Shown: one piece after another, positions 49,790 to 62,255 of the stretch
How the letters are laid out: every line of letters starts with the position of its first letter
Position numbering within the stretch: position 1 is the stretch's first letter
NCBI RefSeq assembly: GCF_006345805.1
Contig: NW_021832223.1
Coordinates: 62,001 to 126,000, forward strand
Length of the DNA stretch: 64,000 nucleotides
Source: Octopus sinensis
Lineage: Eukaryota
Reading direction: 5' to 3'
The notes under the pieces: generated by a model
What the model was told of the DNA's origin: nothing
Databases searched by the model: none
What the model saw: the letters and a program-made list of their open reading frames with translations, nothing else
Made by a program: the position numbers and the translations under genes

Positions 49790-50450
49790 GATTTCAGATC
49801 ATCCATCAAAGGACAATATTATGAGTTGATTTCGCGGATGATCTGGGCTTTGTATCGGATTATTCTGAATTTCTCAAATAAATAAACAAACATCTTCGTA
49901 ACATTTTCCTAAAATGGTTCTTAGGTTAAAAACTGACAAAAAACAAAATTTACATTATTCAGACATGCGGAAAGGATATCCGACGAGACGTGGAAAAGAC
50001 ATAAGAGGTCGGATCGCTCTTGGAGATGAGGAAGATGTAGCCCGATGGAAAGCCCTTGCATATGGTGCTTTCACAAGCCTATCTAAAATATGGAGTTCGG
50101 GAAGAAGACTTTGTGGAAAAATAAAGCTTATGATATACAAATACCTTGTTATGCCCATTCTAATATATAACTGTGGGGCATGGGGTTTGTCTAAACGGGC
50201 AATGGAGTCCATTGACCGTTTCGACCGCAGTATGCTTTGTAAAGCACTTAATATTTATTACAGAATGAAGATCAAAAACGAACAATTATATAAGTTGAGC
50301 AAAACAGAATCAATATCCATGGAAATCAGAAGATCTAGATTGAGGCTGCTTGGTCACATTTTGAGAATGGATTTGGATGTCTCGGCAAATTGCGTAATAG
50401 ATCAAGCATCATCTGACGAAAATCAAACTCAAAATGAGATTATATTATAA
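49790..50450 (+). pseudogene. RTE-clade LINE RT C-terminal fragment
   Basis: DFADDL; KIKLMIYKYLVMPILIYNCGAW; RRSRLRLLGHILRM. Confidence 0.8.
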
Positions 50451-51112
50451 TTTGCTTTTACCCTTGATTAAATCATTAGTCTCTGTCAATACACGTGTTT
50501 TGAGTGCTTTTCCCTTTTTGCGCTCATTACTCCTACTCCAAGTTTTTATCCTAACCACAATCCAGGACGTGAGAAAAAAATCTATGAGACATTCAGAGAA
50601 CCCCACCCTAGTCTTCCTGTCTACAAACGAGACCACTATTTGGGAAATACCCGTATTCCTCTGCAGGTTCCAGCTGCTAGATTTCACTCTCAACTGGACC
50701 TGAAGGGATTTTCCCAAACTATTTGAATCTGTTGAGATATTTCTGCTAATTTGTAACCTCCTAGAATTTGAGTTTCCTTTACTAATGAATTTTTCGAAAG
50801 AATAAAATACATTTTAAACAATGATAAAATATTTTTCATTTCAGTACTTGTGGTTACGTACAAGGACTGTTGTACTAGATAGCCATCTTTGATTATTTTT
50901 GTGGTTTAACGATTAAAAAAATGTCCAATTGATGACTGGTGAAAGAAAGTTTAATGATTAAACCTGTTTATATACGATTAGTGATTTTAGATCATTTGTA
51001 TTTATAAGCCGAAGTCAATATTTTGAAAATAATAACAAATACTCTCAAAAAATCCAAAAATTGCGCCCTAAGATATTCATAAATTTCCACTCTTTGGCAA
51101 AAATATAGCACA

Positions 51113-51365
51113 ATAAATATTTTTATGTAAATTTTTTTTTTATTTGATAATAACTACAAGTTAATTAATTAAAAGCTTCATGGGCGGGAAGCCGACGCGA
51201 TCGAGAAAGAGTTAGAGCGTACTATCGCAAGGGATATCCGCTCGAAAAACCATCTCGATTCGCGGGCGTCGCCTGTGATAGCAGACATGCGGGACCCGAT
51301 CTCCTGAAGATTAACTTGTAGTTATTATCAAATAAAAAAAAATTTACATAAAAAATAAATAATTT
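51113..51365 (-). mobile_element. CRE-like 3' fragment flanked by inverted copies of its own tail
   Basis: Minus strand 51170-51310 reads LQEIGSRMSAITGDARESRWFFERISLAIVRSN; 51113-51166 and 51310-51365 are ~55-bp inverted repeats. Confidence 0.75.
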
Positions 51366-51506
51366 TTGTATATTAAACAAATTCATTGATTTGTTTAAAT
51401 CGAATCTGCACAACCTGCAATTTTAGATAAACATAGAAAAGCCAGCCTGCAACCAGATTCGGGAATATCCTGCAGTTAGAGGATGGAATGAATTGAATAT
51501 AAAGGA

Positions 51507-53892
51507 CTAGCTCGGCAGCTCGCTTCGCTCACCGCGACCTAGCTCCTGCGGAGGGCCTGTTTCATCAAACAACTCTAAGTTTATGTAGATGTATAAAACT
51601 ACCTGGTTTAATGTAACCCTATTCTATCGCCTGTTGATAAACGATGTTTGTCGTCCGTCCTTCCTTGGCATATATGAATAAATTTTCTCTTCTGCCTACC
51701 CTCGAGCATCCCACATACAGCTGTCCATGTAAAAGCACTCACTCTCTAAAAATAACCCACTACCTTTAATGACTGTCCCTGGGCCTTGTTTATTGTCATT
51801 GCAAAACTCATCCTCAAAGGAAATTGCAGCCTTTTAAATCTAAATGGTAATTCATCAGAAATTATCGGAATTCGTGGAATATAAACATCCTCACCTCTAT
51901 ACTTACCTGTTAACATCGTCGCCTCTATTACGTTAGCCATCAAATTTTGATAACTAACCTCGTTCCGTTGCATAATTTAGGTGGCGCAAGATTTCGTAAT
52001 AAACCACTGGAACGCCTATCTTTAACTTTAAAAGATGATTCGGCATTCCAGAGGGATCTAAGGAGTTTAAAAATTCAATTCAATCGGTTTTGAATTTTTA
52101 GAAAATAACAAAAAAATAAAGAAAAACAAATAAAAATGAATAATTTAAAAACAAAAAAATAAAAAAAACAAAAAAAAAAACTTTAAAAATTGTAAAATAG
52201 TATAAACAAAAAAAATCTCTGCCGCCACGGCAACAACCAGTCTAATTTTTTTAACAGCCAATTAAGATAATGCTTAAGAGCCTTTATAGTCCGGAGATTT
52301 AGCTTAATGACCTTGATTAGACAAACCACTGGCGGAAATGGGGCAGCCGGAGATGCGGCAGGCAGAGTAGCAGCAGCCAAAAAAGCGACACACAAAAAAG
52401 AAGATAATTAATTAATTACGCTTTTGACCGTTTTTTCTTCAGCTTCGTTTTTCCTCCTTCGGTTATCTATTTAAAAAATTATTTTTGAATGATAAAAAAG
52501 TTTAGGAAAAGAGGCATACCGAAAATAAATTCTATCTTTACGAAAAACTTAACTAAATAGTTAATATTTTTACGCAAATTCTTCTGATTGCGCTGTCAAT
52601 TGGTGGTAAATTGTGTTAATGATTGTGCTAATGTGGTTTTAACTATCAAAGTGTTTTTCAAAATCTGTTAATTGCACATCTATTCAAGGTCGTGCAATCT
52701 GTAATTGCACATTCTGTCAAAGTCAAATATGATAATAGCTTTAATTTTGATTCATGGTCGATAATGATATATGCATTTAATTTTAAAGAGAAAATCATAG
52801 GATGAATTGAATTTCTTTATCGCGAATAATTGGGAGTTCATCATTGTTAATTTTCTCGCTGTCGTTTTCATCAAGGATATTCTTAATACGTGAGATTTTT
52901 GCCTCGAAGGTTTTAATGGACCTCATCATAAATGTCGAGGACATTAACGTTATTCATTTTAATCAAATGCAGAAAATAATTTTTTGATTTTTTGGCGGGA
53001 AGGTTTTAAGGACCTCATCATGTAAGTCAAGGACATCGTAGTTGTTCATTTTAACAGAAATGCAGAAAATTTTTTTTTAATTTTTTTTGGGGGGAAGGTT
53101 TTAAGGACCTCATCATGTAAGTCGAGGACATCGTAGTTGTTCATTTTAACCAAACAGAAGAAAATTTTTTTTTAATTTTTTTTTGGGGGGAGGCTTAAGG
53201 ACCTCATCATGTAAGTCGAGGACATCGTAGTTGTTCATTTTAACCAAAATGCAGAAAATTTTTTTTAATTTTTTTTTGGGGGGAAGGTTTTAAGGACTTC
53301 ATCAGTAAGTCGAGGACATTGTAGTTGTTCATTTTAACCAAAATGCAGAAAATTTTTTTTTAATTTTTTTTTGGGGGGGAGGTTTTAAGGACCTCATCAT
53401 GTAAGTCGAGGACATCGTAGTTGTTCATTTTAACCAAATGCAGAAAACTTTTTTTTTAATTTTTTTTTGGGGGGAAGGCTTTAAGGATCTCATCATGTAA
53501 GTCGAAAACATCGTAGTGTTCATTTTAACCAAAATGCAGAATTTTTTTTAATTTTTTTTTGGGGGGGAGGTTTTAAGGACTTCATCATGTAAGTCGAGGA
53601 CATTGTAGTTGTTCATTTTAACCAAAATGCAGAAAACTTTTTTTTTAATTTTTTTTGAGGGGAAGGCTTTAAGGACCTCATCATGTAAGTCGAGGACAAG
53701 TTCGTTAGTTTGTCATTTAACCAAAATGCAGAAATTTTTTTTAATTTTTTTTGAGGGGAAGGTTTTAAGGACTTCATCATATAAGTCGAGGACATCGTAT
53801 TGCCAATTTGAAGTTGGTGTGCACACACAGACAGGACAGACAGAAAGACAGACAGACAGACAAACACACACCATACCATTTTATTATTAAGA
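51507..53892 (-). mobile_element. Second non-autonomous Helitron of the same family (about 9-10 satellite units, 52915-53800)
   Basis: Same termini, helicase C-terminus and spacer as 40914-44508; A^T target. Confidence 0.9.
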
Positions 53893-54336
53893 TAGAATAA
53901 ATTGATTATCTCTTCTAGTATTAACAACCAGTCTCATCAAACTCATTGATTAAATAGAAAAGTTATGTTATTAACTGATAGATTTCTTATTTTATCTTAA
54001 TAAATTAACTTCCTTTTCCTCGTCTGATATCTAATCTAGTCCGTCGAAATTGTTATGGATAAATTTATCATGGCAAGCTTATATTTTAACTCGTGATTGA
54101 TCAACTATAACGGTACGAGGGACAATTATATCAACTCGGCAGTAAAAATCATTTATCCTATTTCTATTGCGACTGTATGTACACTGGGCTCAAAAAGACA
54201 TGGCACCACACACATGATATCTAATTAATGTTTAATGATTAGATTCATCTAATTATAATTTAAATAATATTATATACTGTCTATTTCACAATCAAATATT
54301 GTGCAATTTTCATAAATTGATTTATATCAAAACTTA

Positions 54337-54621
54337 TTAACTGATTGAACCAAAAGAGTCATCGCTGTAAAAATCTTCTAGTGACGATATTTCATCATTG
54401 TCTTCAAATTCAGTATCTTCAGAGTCAAAATCACACAAGTATTCAAAATCAGTATCTTCAGAGTCAAAATCACACAAGTATTCAAAATCAGGATCTTCAA
54501 AATTCTCAATTATAATCTTAAATTGATTTTTCCACGCGTCTTCAAAATCAATTTCGAAATTTCTGATTTCTCCATTGAGAGGTACCATAGTGTTTTCGTG
54601 AATATATGCTCTTTTAATCAA
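54337..54621 (-). CDS. Acidic orphan ORF with a 39-bp internal duplication
   Basis: DFEYLCDFDSEDT repeated twice; no recognisable domain. Confidence 0.3.
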   Translation of the reverse strand: MIKRAYIHENTMVPLNGEIRNFEIDFEDAWKNQFKIIIENFEDPDFEYLCDFDSEDTDFEYLCDFDSEDTEFEDNDEISSLEDFYSDDSFGSIS

Positions 54622-55299
54622 ATCATATTTTAGTTCTTATAATAATAAGAAATTATACTATAATTCTCAATTTCCGAAGCAGTATCCGTGTCTTCTTCAA
54701 TATCTAGATCTTGTGATGAGTCGTGTGTTTCCACAACTAGGTAGTTAAATCAGATACGGTTTGCATTACGAGAGGTGTCGGAACTGTGACTGTTTTCATT
54801 ATCAGAATCTACTGCTATTAAATTATGTAGTCCAACCGTCAACCATCGGCAGTCAATTCTTGCTTCGTTACGAAATTGTGTTTTTATATTTACAAAGAGC
54901 GCAATGCGATAATTTAATAATTTCACGACCACCTATTTTAGATACAGACGGTAATAATCATAAAATTGATTATTCCAATTGTGTTTAATTTTTAGGATTT
55001 GTCTATAATTTGTGGGAACGAGTCAGTGAAAAAGAACAAGACAGGTTTGAGTGATCCTTACATTCATAGACCGGTTCTAAACTCTTTCTCAGTAAGGACT
55101 TATACACTCCTCTCTAAAATTGCTAGTGAGGGAAGATTAAGTTGAAATTATTTTTTACCAGTTCTCTTTTAATGAAAACGTATCTATATAAGCAAGGCCT
55201 GTTGTAACTGGATAACGTGTTTCGTGAATTATCCAAAATCCGAAAAAGATTAAATCGCTAACTTTTGTTTATCGTTTAATTAAATTTCGTAATCTCAAG

Positions 55300-55760
55300 A
55301 ACTCTCAGCGCTGCTGGTTTCCCCAACGTGCTTGAACCAGCCGGATTGAACAGAAGGGACTGCAAACGCCCGGACGGGATGACCATCTTCCCATTCACGT
55401 GCGCAGACACGTGGTCCCCATCCGCTCTACTGTCATCTGCTTCTTCTTCCGGCTCGGCCGCGGCCCTGGCGGAAGCCCGCAAAGTAGAAAAGTACAAGAA
55501 TCTTGCCACTCGGCATTCCTTCGTGCCTGTGGCTTTTGAGACATCAGGCGCTTCCGGTCCGCTGACCTCATGCTTCTTAAAAGACCTCGGTATCCTCATT
55601 GCTCGGAAGAAGATGGATGCTCGCGAGTCCTCTTGGTTGAGGCAGAGGATCTCGCTCGCAATCGTGCGCGGGAACGCCCAAGCAATCCGTTCGGCTGGGC
55701 TATAACCCCTGAGTAAATCTTTAAACGTTTAGCACGTTGTTAATTTGTTATTAATAAAAA
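55300..55760 (+). mobile_element. 5'-truncated CRE-like fragment (endonuclease)
   Basis: VLEPAGL...KRPDG...VPVAFETSG...ESSWLRQRISLAIVRGNA*, then AATAAAAA. Confidence 0.85.
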
Positions 55761-55949
55761 GGCATATTAAATTTCTTTTATTTTTATTTAGAGAAATGAA
55801 AACAATCATATTGACATAGTTATGCATAATCTGTGCTCTAATGAGTATCACAATGTTAAAAATGGACTTCTTATTAACAAAATCTAGATGATAAATTTAC
55901 ACGAAATAAAAATTTAGCAATCCAGAAGCTAAATTAAGTGAATTTGTGG

Positions 55950-56450
55950 TTGTTGCGTAACCCCGTTCACACATCAAGGTATTGACCAGAAGTTAACAGA
56001 AACAACAGCGCCTTCTCGAATTCCTCTTAAGGGATCTTGATTTCAGGCACCAGGATATAATATGGATAGTTTTTTGTACTGATTGACATTCCACGATGGA
56101 GGTTGTAGATAGGCAGGAACCCCGTGATGTGATTACTTATTGCTTTTTAAAATGTTTGTAAGCCTGTTTGCTTTGATCGATATTTTCGATACATGTTTGT
56201 TGAAAGACAGAGTTGGGGCAAAGGTAAGTCGGTGACAGTGGGGTGTTTTGTTGGCTAAAGGTCGAATCAAGAAGGAATAATTTGTGATATATGTTTGATT
56301 GTCTTCTGTCAGAAGATAATAAGGTGTCCGGGAATTTGAAGAGCGAAGCCTCGAACATGTTTTCGATGAGCGAGTAGCTGGGCATTCTGCTACTCTCGTG
56401 TGAAAAGCTAGCACGACTCCATTCATGCAAGGAATATCAAAAAAAGTCGT
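55950..56450 (-). pseudogene. LINE RT C-terminal remnant
   Basis: LTFAPTLSFNKHVSKISIKANRLTNILK. Confidence 0.55.
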
Positions 56451-56759
56451 TTTACTTTCCAAATTTTACAGCAAAATTACGAAATTGCAATTTATTGTTT
56501 GTAAATCGAAATTAACAAAACTTACTGACTGTCAGCCTTTGGAAACCAACAACAGCTGAATTGTTATCTGAAGACTATCCGTTAATGAAACGTCAACATC
56601 AAATTGACAAAAAATCATATCGAAAGAAATCATATCGAACAAGTCGGGACAGATACATTGCAGATCCGATTGATTTCCGACGTTATTCAGAATTCAATGA
56701 TTTTTTAATGTTATTTTTAGTGTAGATTTTAATTATAATCGATTCTTTTTAAATTCTTG

Positions 56760-57412
56760 TTCAACTCAATGCATCGGAAGGCAACCCCTTGGACGACATT
56801 GACCTAATAAAAATGCTGGGGGCCTCAAAAATTAAGTCAGAAGAGATTAGCGTTCTTTTTAATAGTCAACCTTCCATAGACAAAAGTGGAAAAGACAAAA
56901 GTATTTTTTGCGTGGTAGACCTGCCCAAGATCGACCCAATGTACCAATAGTCGATGGAGTGGTTCGCAAAATATTTCTCAAAAATATTACCAACGCAAAA
57001 AACTCAGGTCACCTCAAAAAGCGGAAAATAAATTGTAGATGTCCTGAAGGAGAGGATAACTTTAATAAACGAGCATTTTACTTTCAATTTGTACTCCAAT
57101 GTGTTTCGGTCGCTCTTTGAACGTGACAAACTCATGTTGGCATTCCTCTTTTGTATGCGAATCAAACACAATTTTGGAGAAATAAAAGCAGTGTGTAAAA
57201 TGCAAAGAGTGCTTAGAACGAATGGAGATATCTCCTGTTGGGCTCAGTCGAGAAGACCATCCAAAAACCGAACCCTGTTCCAGACTGGCTCTCCGACAGA
57301 AATTGGAAGGAACTGGGGGGACTGGCCTCACTGGAATTGTTAAAAGAAATAATCGAGAACTTTATAGACAACTATTGCGAATATAAACATATGTTTGATA
57401 TTTCAGATCCCC
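56760..57412 (+). pseudogene. Axonemal dynein heavy chain fragment (stalk-AAA5 to AAA6 linker region)
   Basis: ASEGNPLDDIDLIKMLGASK, IDPMYQ*SMEWF, FNLYSNVFRSLFERDKLM, NPVPDWLSDRNW. Confidence 0.8.
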
Positions 57413-58629
57413 ACAAGTACATTTTATAGTTTTACTAGCTCAGCAGTTCGCTTCGCTCACTGCGAGCTAGCTCCTGCGGAGGCCCTGCTCGCTACGCTCG
57501 CAGTTTCCTTAAAAAGTATAAATTTGTAGATGTATATAAATGCGACCTGCTTTGATATAACCTTATTCTAAGGCCTGTGGATAAACGATGTTGCAGTCCG
57601 TCCATCCTTGGCAAATATAAATAAATTTTCTCTTCTACCTACCCTTGAGCACCCCACATACAGCTGGCCATGTGAAAAGCACTCGTTCTCTAAAAATAAG
57701 CCTACTACCTTTAAAGACTGTCCCTGGGCCTTGTTATTGTCATAGCAAAACTTATCTTCAGCGGAAATTGTAGTCTCTTAAATCTAAAAGGTAATTCTTC
57801 CGAAATCAGAGGTATTCGTGGGATATAAACATCCTCACCTCTGTAATTACCTGTTAATATTGTCGCTTCTATTACGTTAGCCATCAAATTCTTGATAACC
57901 AACCTTGTACCATTGCATAATTTAGGTGGCGCAAGATTGCGGAGTAACACAACCGGTACACCTATTTTTAATTTCAATAGATGATTCGGCATTCCAGATG
58001 GATCTAAGGAATTTATAAATTCTACAGGATATTCGCAGGCCCTTTCATGGTCCATAATAACGTCGACCGATTATATTTATTCTTTCTCTGCCAGGGATTT
58101 TCATTAATAAATCTAAATTTATATTAAGTACCTCATCATTAAGTGGAGCTAATATAGCTCGTTCACGCAGCCAGTCGAAATTCACGTAGTGTCAGATAGT
58201 TCGGAATAGACGGCATTCAATAATTCTTCTGCTGTTTCTACGAAAATACATAATTCTTCCGGTAGCCTAATTTTCTGGTCTTGCATTTCTGAAGTGATTG
58301 CCCCATTTCCAATATCTAGAAGGATTTGTGGGAATATGCTATTAACGCCTTGTAAATGTGCACGTACATTTACATCTAAGCTTACCTTTTTCACGTGTGT
58401 CCACAAATATGACGATTTGAGGCAGGCATTCAATTCATCCGCAGGCGTCCCTCTTTGAATAATTGGCAGCGTCTGTCTAAAATCACCTGCCAATACAACT
58501 ATTGCTCCCCCAAATAAATGGTCGCTACAATTCTTGATATCTCTATATGTTCGATCAACTGCTTCGAATGCGCCTTTATGAGCCATCGTACATTCATCCC
58601 AAACAATTAACCTAGAATCATGCATAATT

Positions 58630-58730
58630 AACCTAGGAACTGCCTCGCTATCCGCAGTGCTTCGTCGTCGGACTAACCCTCAAGTTCACGACATTAATTC
58701 TCTATTAATTATATTATTATTATAAATTCA

Positions 58731-58770
<40 letters not shown>
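58630..58770 (+). mobile_element. ~140-bp poly(A)-tailed retroposed tip inserted in the Helitron helicase
   Basis: 10-bp TSD ATGCATAATT (58620-58629 / 58771-58780), ~A30 tail; removing it restores NRIMHDSRLIVWDE. Confidence 0.85.
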
Positions 58771-60739
58771 ATGCATAATTCTATTACCCGTAGTTGAATT
58801 TTTTTTACATTACAACCGGTTCAGTAGTATATGAGAGATTCAACGGAATGTTGAATGTCGAATGTGCGGTTCGACCGCCATCTAAAAGAGTTGCAGCAAT
58901 TCCAGAAGATGCAACTGCTAAAGCTAGTTTATTTTCGCTTCTGACCTTAGCTAATAATAGATTTAGAAGATAGGTCTTACCTGTTCCACCCGGTGCATCA
59001 ATAAAAATGATAGAACCGTTTTCTTCTTGGATGACTCGATTAATTTCTCTGTATACCTCCAACTGGCCAGTGGTTAAGCTTTGTTCTCTTTCTTCCACTA
59101 TTGTTCGAAGTTCTTCTAAATTATAATGCTCATCAAATGAATTAATATTATGAATATCGCTGATTATAAAACCAAATTCACCTACACTCTTACCAACGAT
59201 AGATATTAGCAATCTATCTATCATGATTAATCCAATGTTGAAAATCTCTGCATCGAAACTCAATCTATTCTTCTCTCTTAATATATCTTCACACATGCTT
59301 TCTCGGTGACCTTCCCACAGTTGTTGTGGATTTGCTAACCCACAATGGGCTAGCATCAAAGTAAATAAATACCTTAGTCGCGATGGGGAATCTGCAAGTT
59401 CAGCTTCTGTTAAAGTCTGATTCCAGTGATTATCATCCTCTAAAAGACCTAATTTAAAACAGGCTTCTCTGTATGTTTCGCAGAGTACTCCATCTACAGT
59501 CCGTAGATCAGTGAAAGATTCTGGCCCTCGTACGGTGTGCAAAAGTAACCTAACACAATAACATTCAAAATTATTTGGATGCACTGTATATACTCTACCC
59601 AATGCATCTGCACTTACAATTCCTGAATGTCCATTTACTGGATTTCCGCTTATCCTTCTCTTAAATCTCTTCCCCGCGACATCCCATGTATAATATCTAG
59701 GAACATCAACATAATATATAGTCTTTGCAAATTGATCTGTACGACATAATTCGAAGAATGCCATCAGAGTTGAATTTCTTGCATTTGTAACTTGATTGCG
59801 TGCATTCTGCTCTGTGAAATAAATTCTTTGCCCCATTTTCCAGGTGAACCCCTAAATGCATAACCAATGATGGATATCTTTCATGAATCGGATATCCAAA
59901 ATTCTCCATGCTCCTTCATTACTGCAGATATAGCGTCCATGTGAAAAAGTTGGCTCATCACGTTGCTCTATTGAAAAGATTGCCTGATCTGACCCTTTAT
60001 TAATGTACTTACATACATATTTAATTGATCTAATTGAATTACAAAATTCCACATTGATATGTGCATCAAAAATCTTACTAATAGTGGATTATAAGGCACT
60101 ATCCATCTGTTATCAACTGTTATTTCATTTTCTTTTCCTTCGTGGAGGGTTGCAGTATATCCTCCTTCAGCTGCTCCCCTTCTCTGGTAAAATGAAAATC
60201 CATTTTCACCTGTTTGCGTGTTAATTATTAAGTTTTGGGTACCCTTTAGAACACTTACTATCTTGCTACACGGTGATGATCTGTTATATATGCCACACGG
60301 ACCATGTATCATATTTCTTTTGATGATCTCGTATAATTCTCTATCTTCATTTGGATTTGGCAATTCTGCCCGTATGCAATCGTCTATCTCTGTAGGCCTA
60401 ATTTTAGTTACTAACCATACTAATATATGTATATGTGGTAAACCTCTTTTTTGCCACTCTACTGTATACATGTGGCATCTTGTCTTCCCAAAAATCTGTC
60501 CCTTGCATAGAAGATCAATCATCTTATCGACTTTTTGTTTAAAAACACGTGCTATGATGTCTTGTCTATACTCGACCTTTTGTCCTACAAATATGTTATC
60601 ACTAATTTCTGGCCATTTCGGATTACACGTAAAAGTGTATAAACAGATCCGGAGTTCCGTAATTTCTAACGTATGTCATAGCATCTTGAGTTCGCTCATG
60701 CATATATCTGGTCTCCGGGCTCCTGTTCCCGTCTAACAG

Positions 60740-61050
60740 CAGTCCTGACCCTATTCAGCTGTTGTCTAAGTTCCCTCTGGTTTTCGGGCTCCTGCTCCCT
60801 TCTAATCCCAGTCCTGACCTTGTCCCGCTGTTGTCTAAGTTCCCTCTGGTCTTGGGGCTCCTGGTCCCGTCTAGCAGCAGTCCTGACCTTGTCCAGCTGT
60901 TGTCTAAGTTCCCTCTGGTCTTCGGGCTGCTGGTCCCGTCTAGCAGCAGTCCTGACCTTGTCCAGCTGTTGTCTAAGTTCCCTCTGGTCTTCGGGCTCCT
61001 GGTCCCGTCTAACAGCAGTCCTGACCCTGTCCAGCTGTTGTCGAACTTCC
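60740..61050 (-). repeat. 69-bp coding tandem repeat (23 aa, about 4.5 units) in the Helitron N-terminus
   Basis: QRELRQQLDKVRTAARRDQ(E/Q)PED repeated in ORF 60696-61157. Confidence 0.9.
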
Positions 61051-61744
61051 TTTTGATTCTGTGTCTCTTCAGACCTTTTCCTAGCCATTCTCAACCTATT
61101 TTTTTCTCGTCTAAATTTTGCCATTTCAGAACTCTCATTTGACCTCTTAACTGGCATTCTAATTCGCTTACTTAACTAACGCATATATCATCGTGACTAT
61201 AGTGTCTTGAATTAGCCAAATCTACATTTATTAATTTACGTTTTGCGCTATATAGATCATCTAAAACCTGTGTATTTCCAGAATATTCTATGTTCGTTAA
61301 TCTGGAATCTGTTTCGACGTACTATAAAATAATTTACAGTTCATGTATTAATACCTTTCTAACATTCGGGTTTTCATTTAGACGATTTGGAAGATTAACT
61401 TCTGTAATGCTTGATACACTGGCATTACCTCCACCTACTGACCTACCTTACCTACACTGCCTACGCCTATATTAACTACCACCATCATCTACACCTACAC
61501 AAACTACATTTACCGCCTCACCATTTAAGCACATTTCATCTTTATTACTCCCCCCAATCTCCCCTCGTTTCTCTTTTTTTTGTTATATGGTCCATTTTCT
61601 CTTGTTTGTTAACATTCTCAGATCTCTCTTGATAGGACATTCTTATGATTTTGTAAACGCGAATCAGTAATTTATATTAAATTTCTACGTAAATTTATTT
61701 AGTGAAATTTATGTAAAGTGTATTATCCAATCAAAGCCATATAC

Positions 61745-62190
61745 TATTAATTGCCTCTATGTTTAAAGGAATTGAAACTTAGCATAATCGAACTTGTCTG
61801 TTTCGGTGAAGAAAATGATAATCAGCCTCATCTTTGTGGTATTATACAGAAAAAAAAATTAAAGCCTGTTAAATCAAGGAGATTTAAATATAGGCAAATT
61901 GAAATTTACATGGCTAATTTGAATTTTATTTGCCTCTATCTTTTAAGGAATCTAAACAGTAGCATAATCGAATTTGTCAGTTTCGGCAGTTAAAAAGATA
62001 ATGAGCCTCATCTTTGTGGAAAAACATCTAAGCCCGTCAAAGTAATCTGAATAAAGGCAAATGTAATTTAGATGACTAATTTATTGAATAAAGGTAAATG
62101 TAATTTAGATGACTAATTTGAATTTTAATTGGCTCTATCTTTTAAGGCATTTAAACATTAGCATTATCGACTTTGTTAAATTGCATAAAT
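61745..62190. repeat. Degenerate ~180-200-bp tandem repeat (2-3 units) with an embedded ~36-bp duplication
   Basis: gcctctat...aaggaat...tagcataatcgaa...gagcctcatctttgtgg recurs at ~61750, 61930 and 62130; tgaataaagg..aatgtaatttagatgactaattt occurs twice. Confidence 0.65.
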
Positions 62191-62200
62191 TCATTATCTT

Positions 62201-62246
62201 TTTTTTTTTTTTTTTTTTTTTATTTTGGAATTTATATGTAATTGAC
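62201..62246 (-). mobile_element. 46-bp retroposed poly(A) tip
   Basis: 13-bp TSD AATTCATTATCTT (62188-62200 / 62247-62259); tail resembles the CRE 3' UTR (aattacatataa...aataaaaa). Confidence 0.75.
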
Positions 62247-62255
62247 AATTCATTA

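Larger units (their letters stand above)
57435..61160 (-). mobile_element. Helitron RepHel element (HUH Rep plus PIF1 helicase), internally deleted near the N-terminus
   Basis: [65 protein letters not shown]; 3' hairpins and CTAG at 57435; 5' end not located. Confidence 0.93.

Noticed and set aside
50434-50717. Overlapping ORFs on both strands next to the RTE fragment
   Set aside because: No recognisable motif, so no product can be supported.
51170-51310. GC-rich island between inverted repeats as a possible snRNA or other ncRNA
   Set aside because: No U-snRNA or 5S motifs; the minus strand encodes the CRE endonuclease C-terminus.
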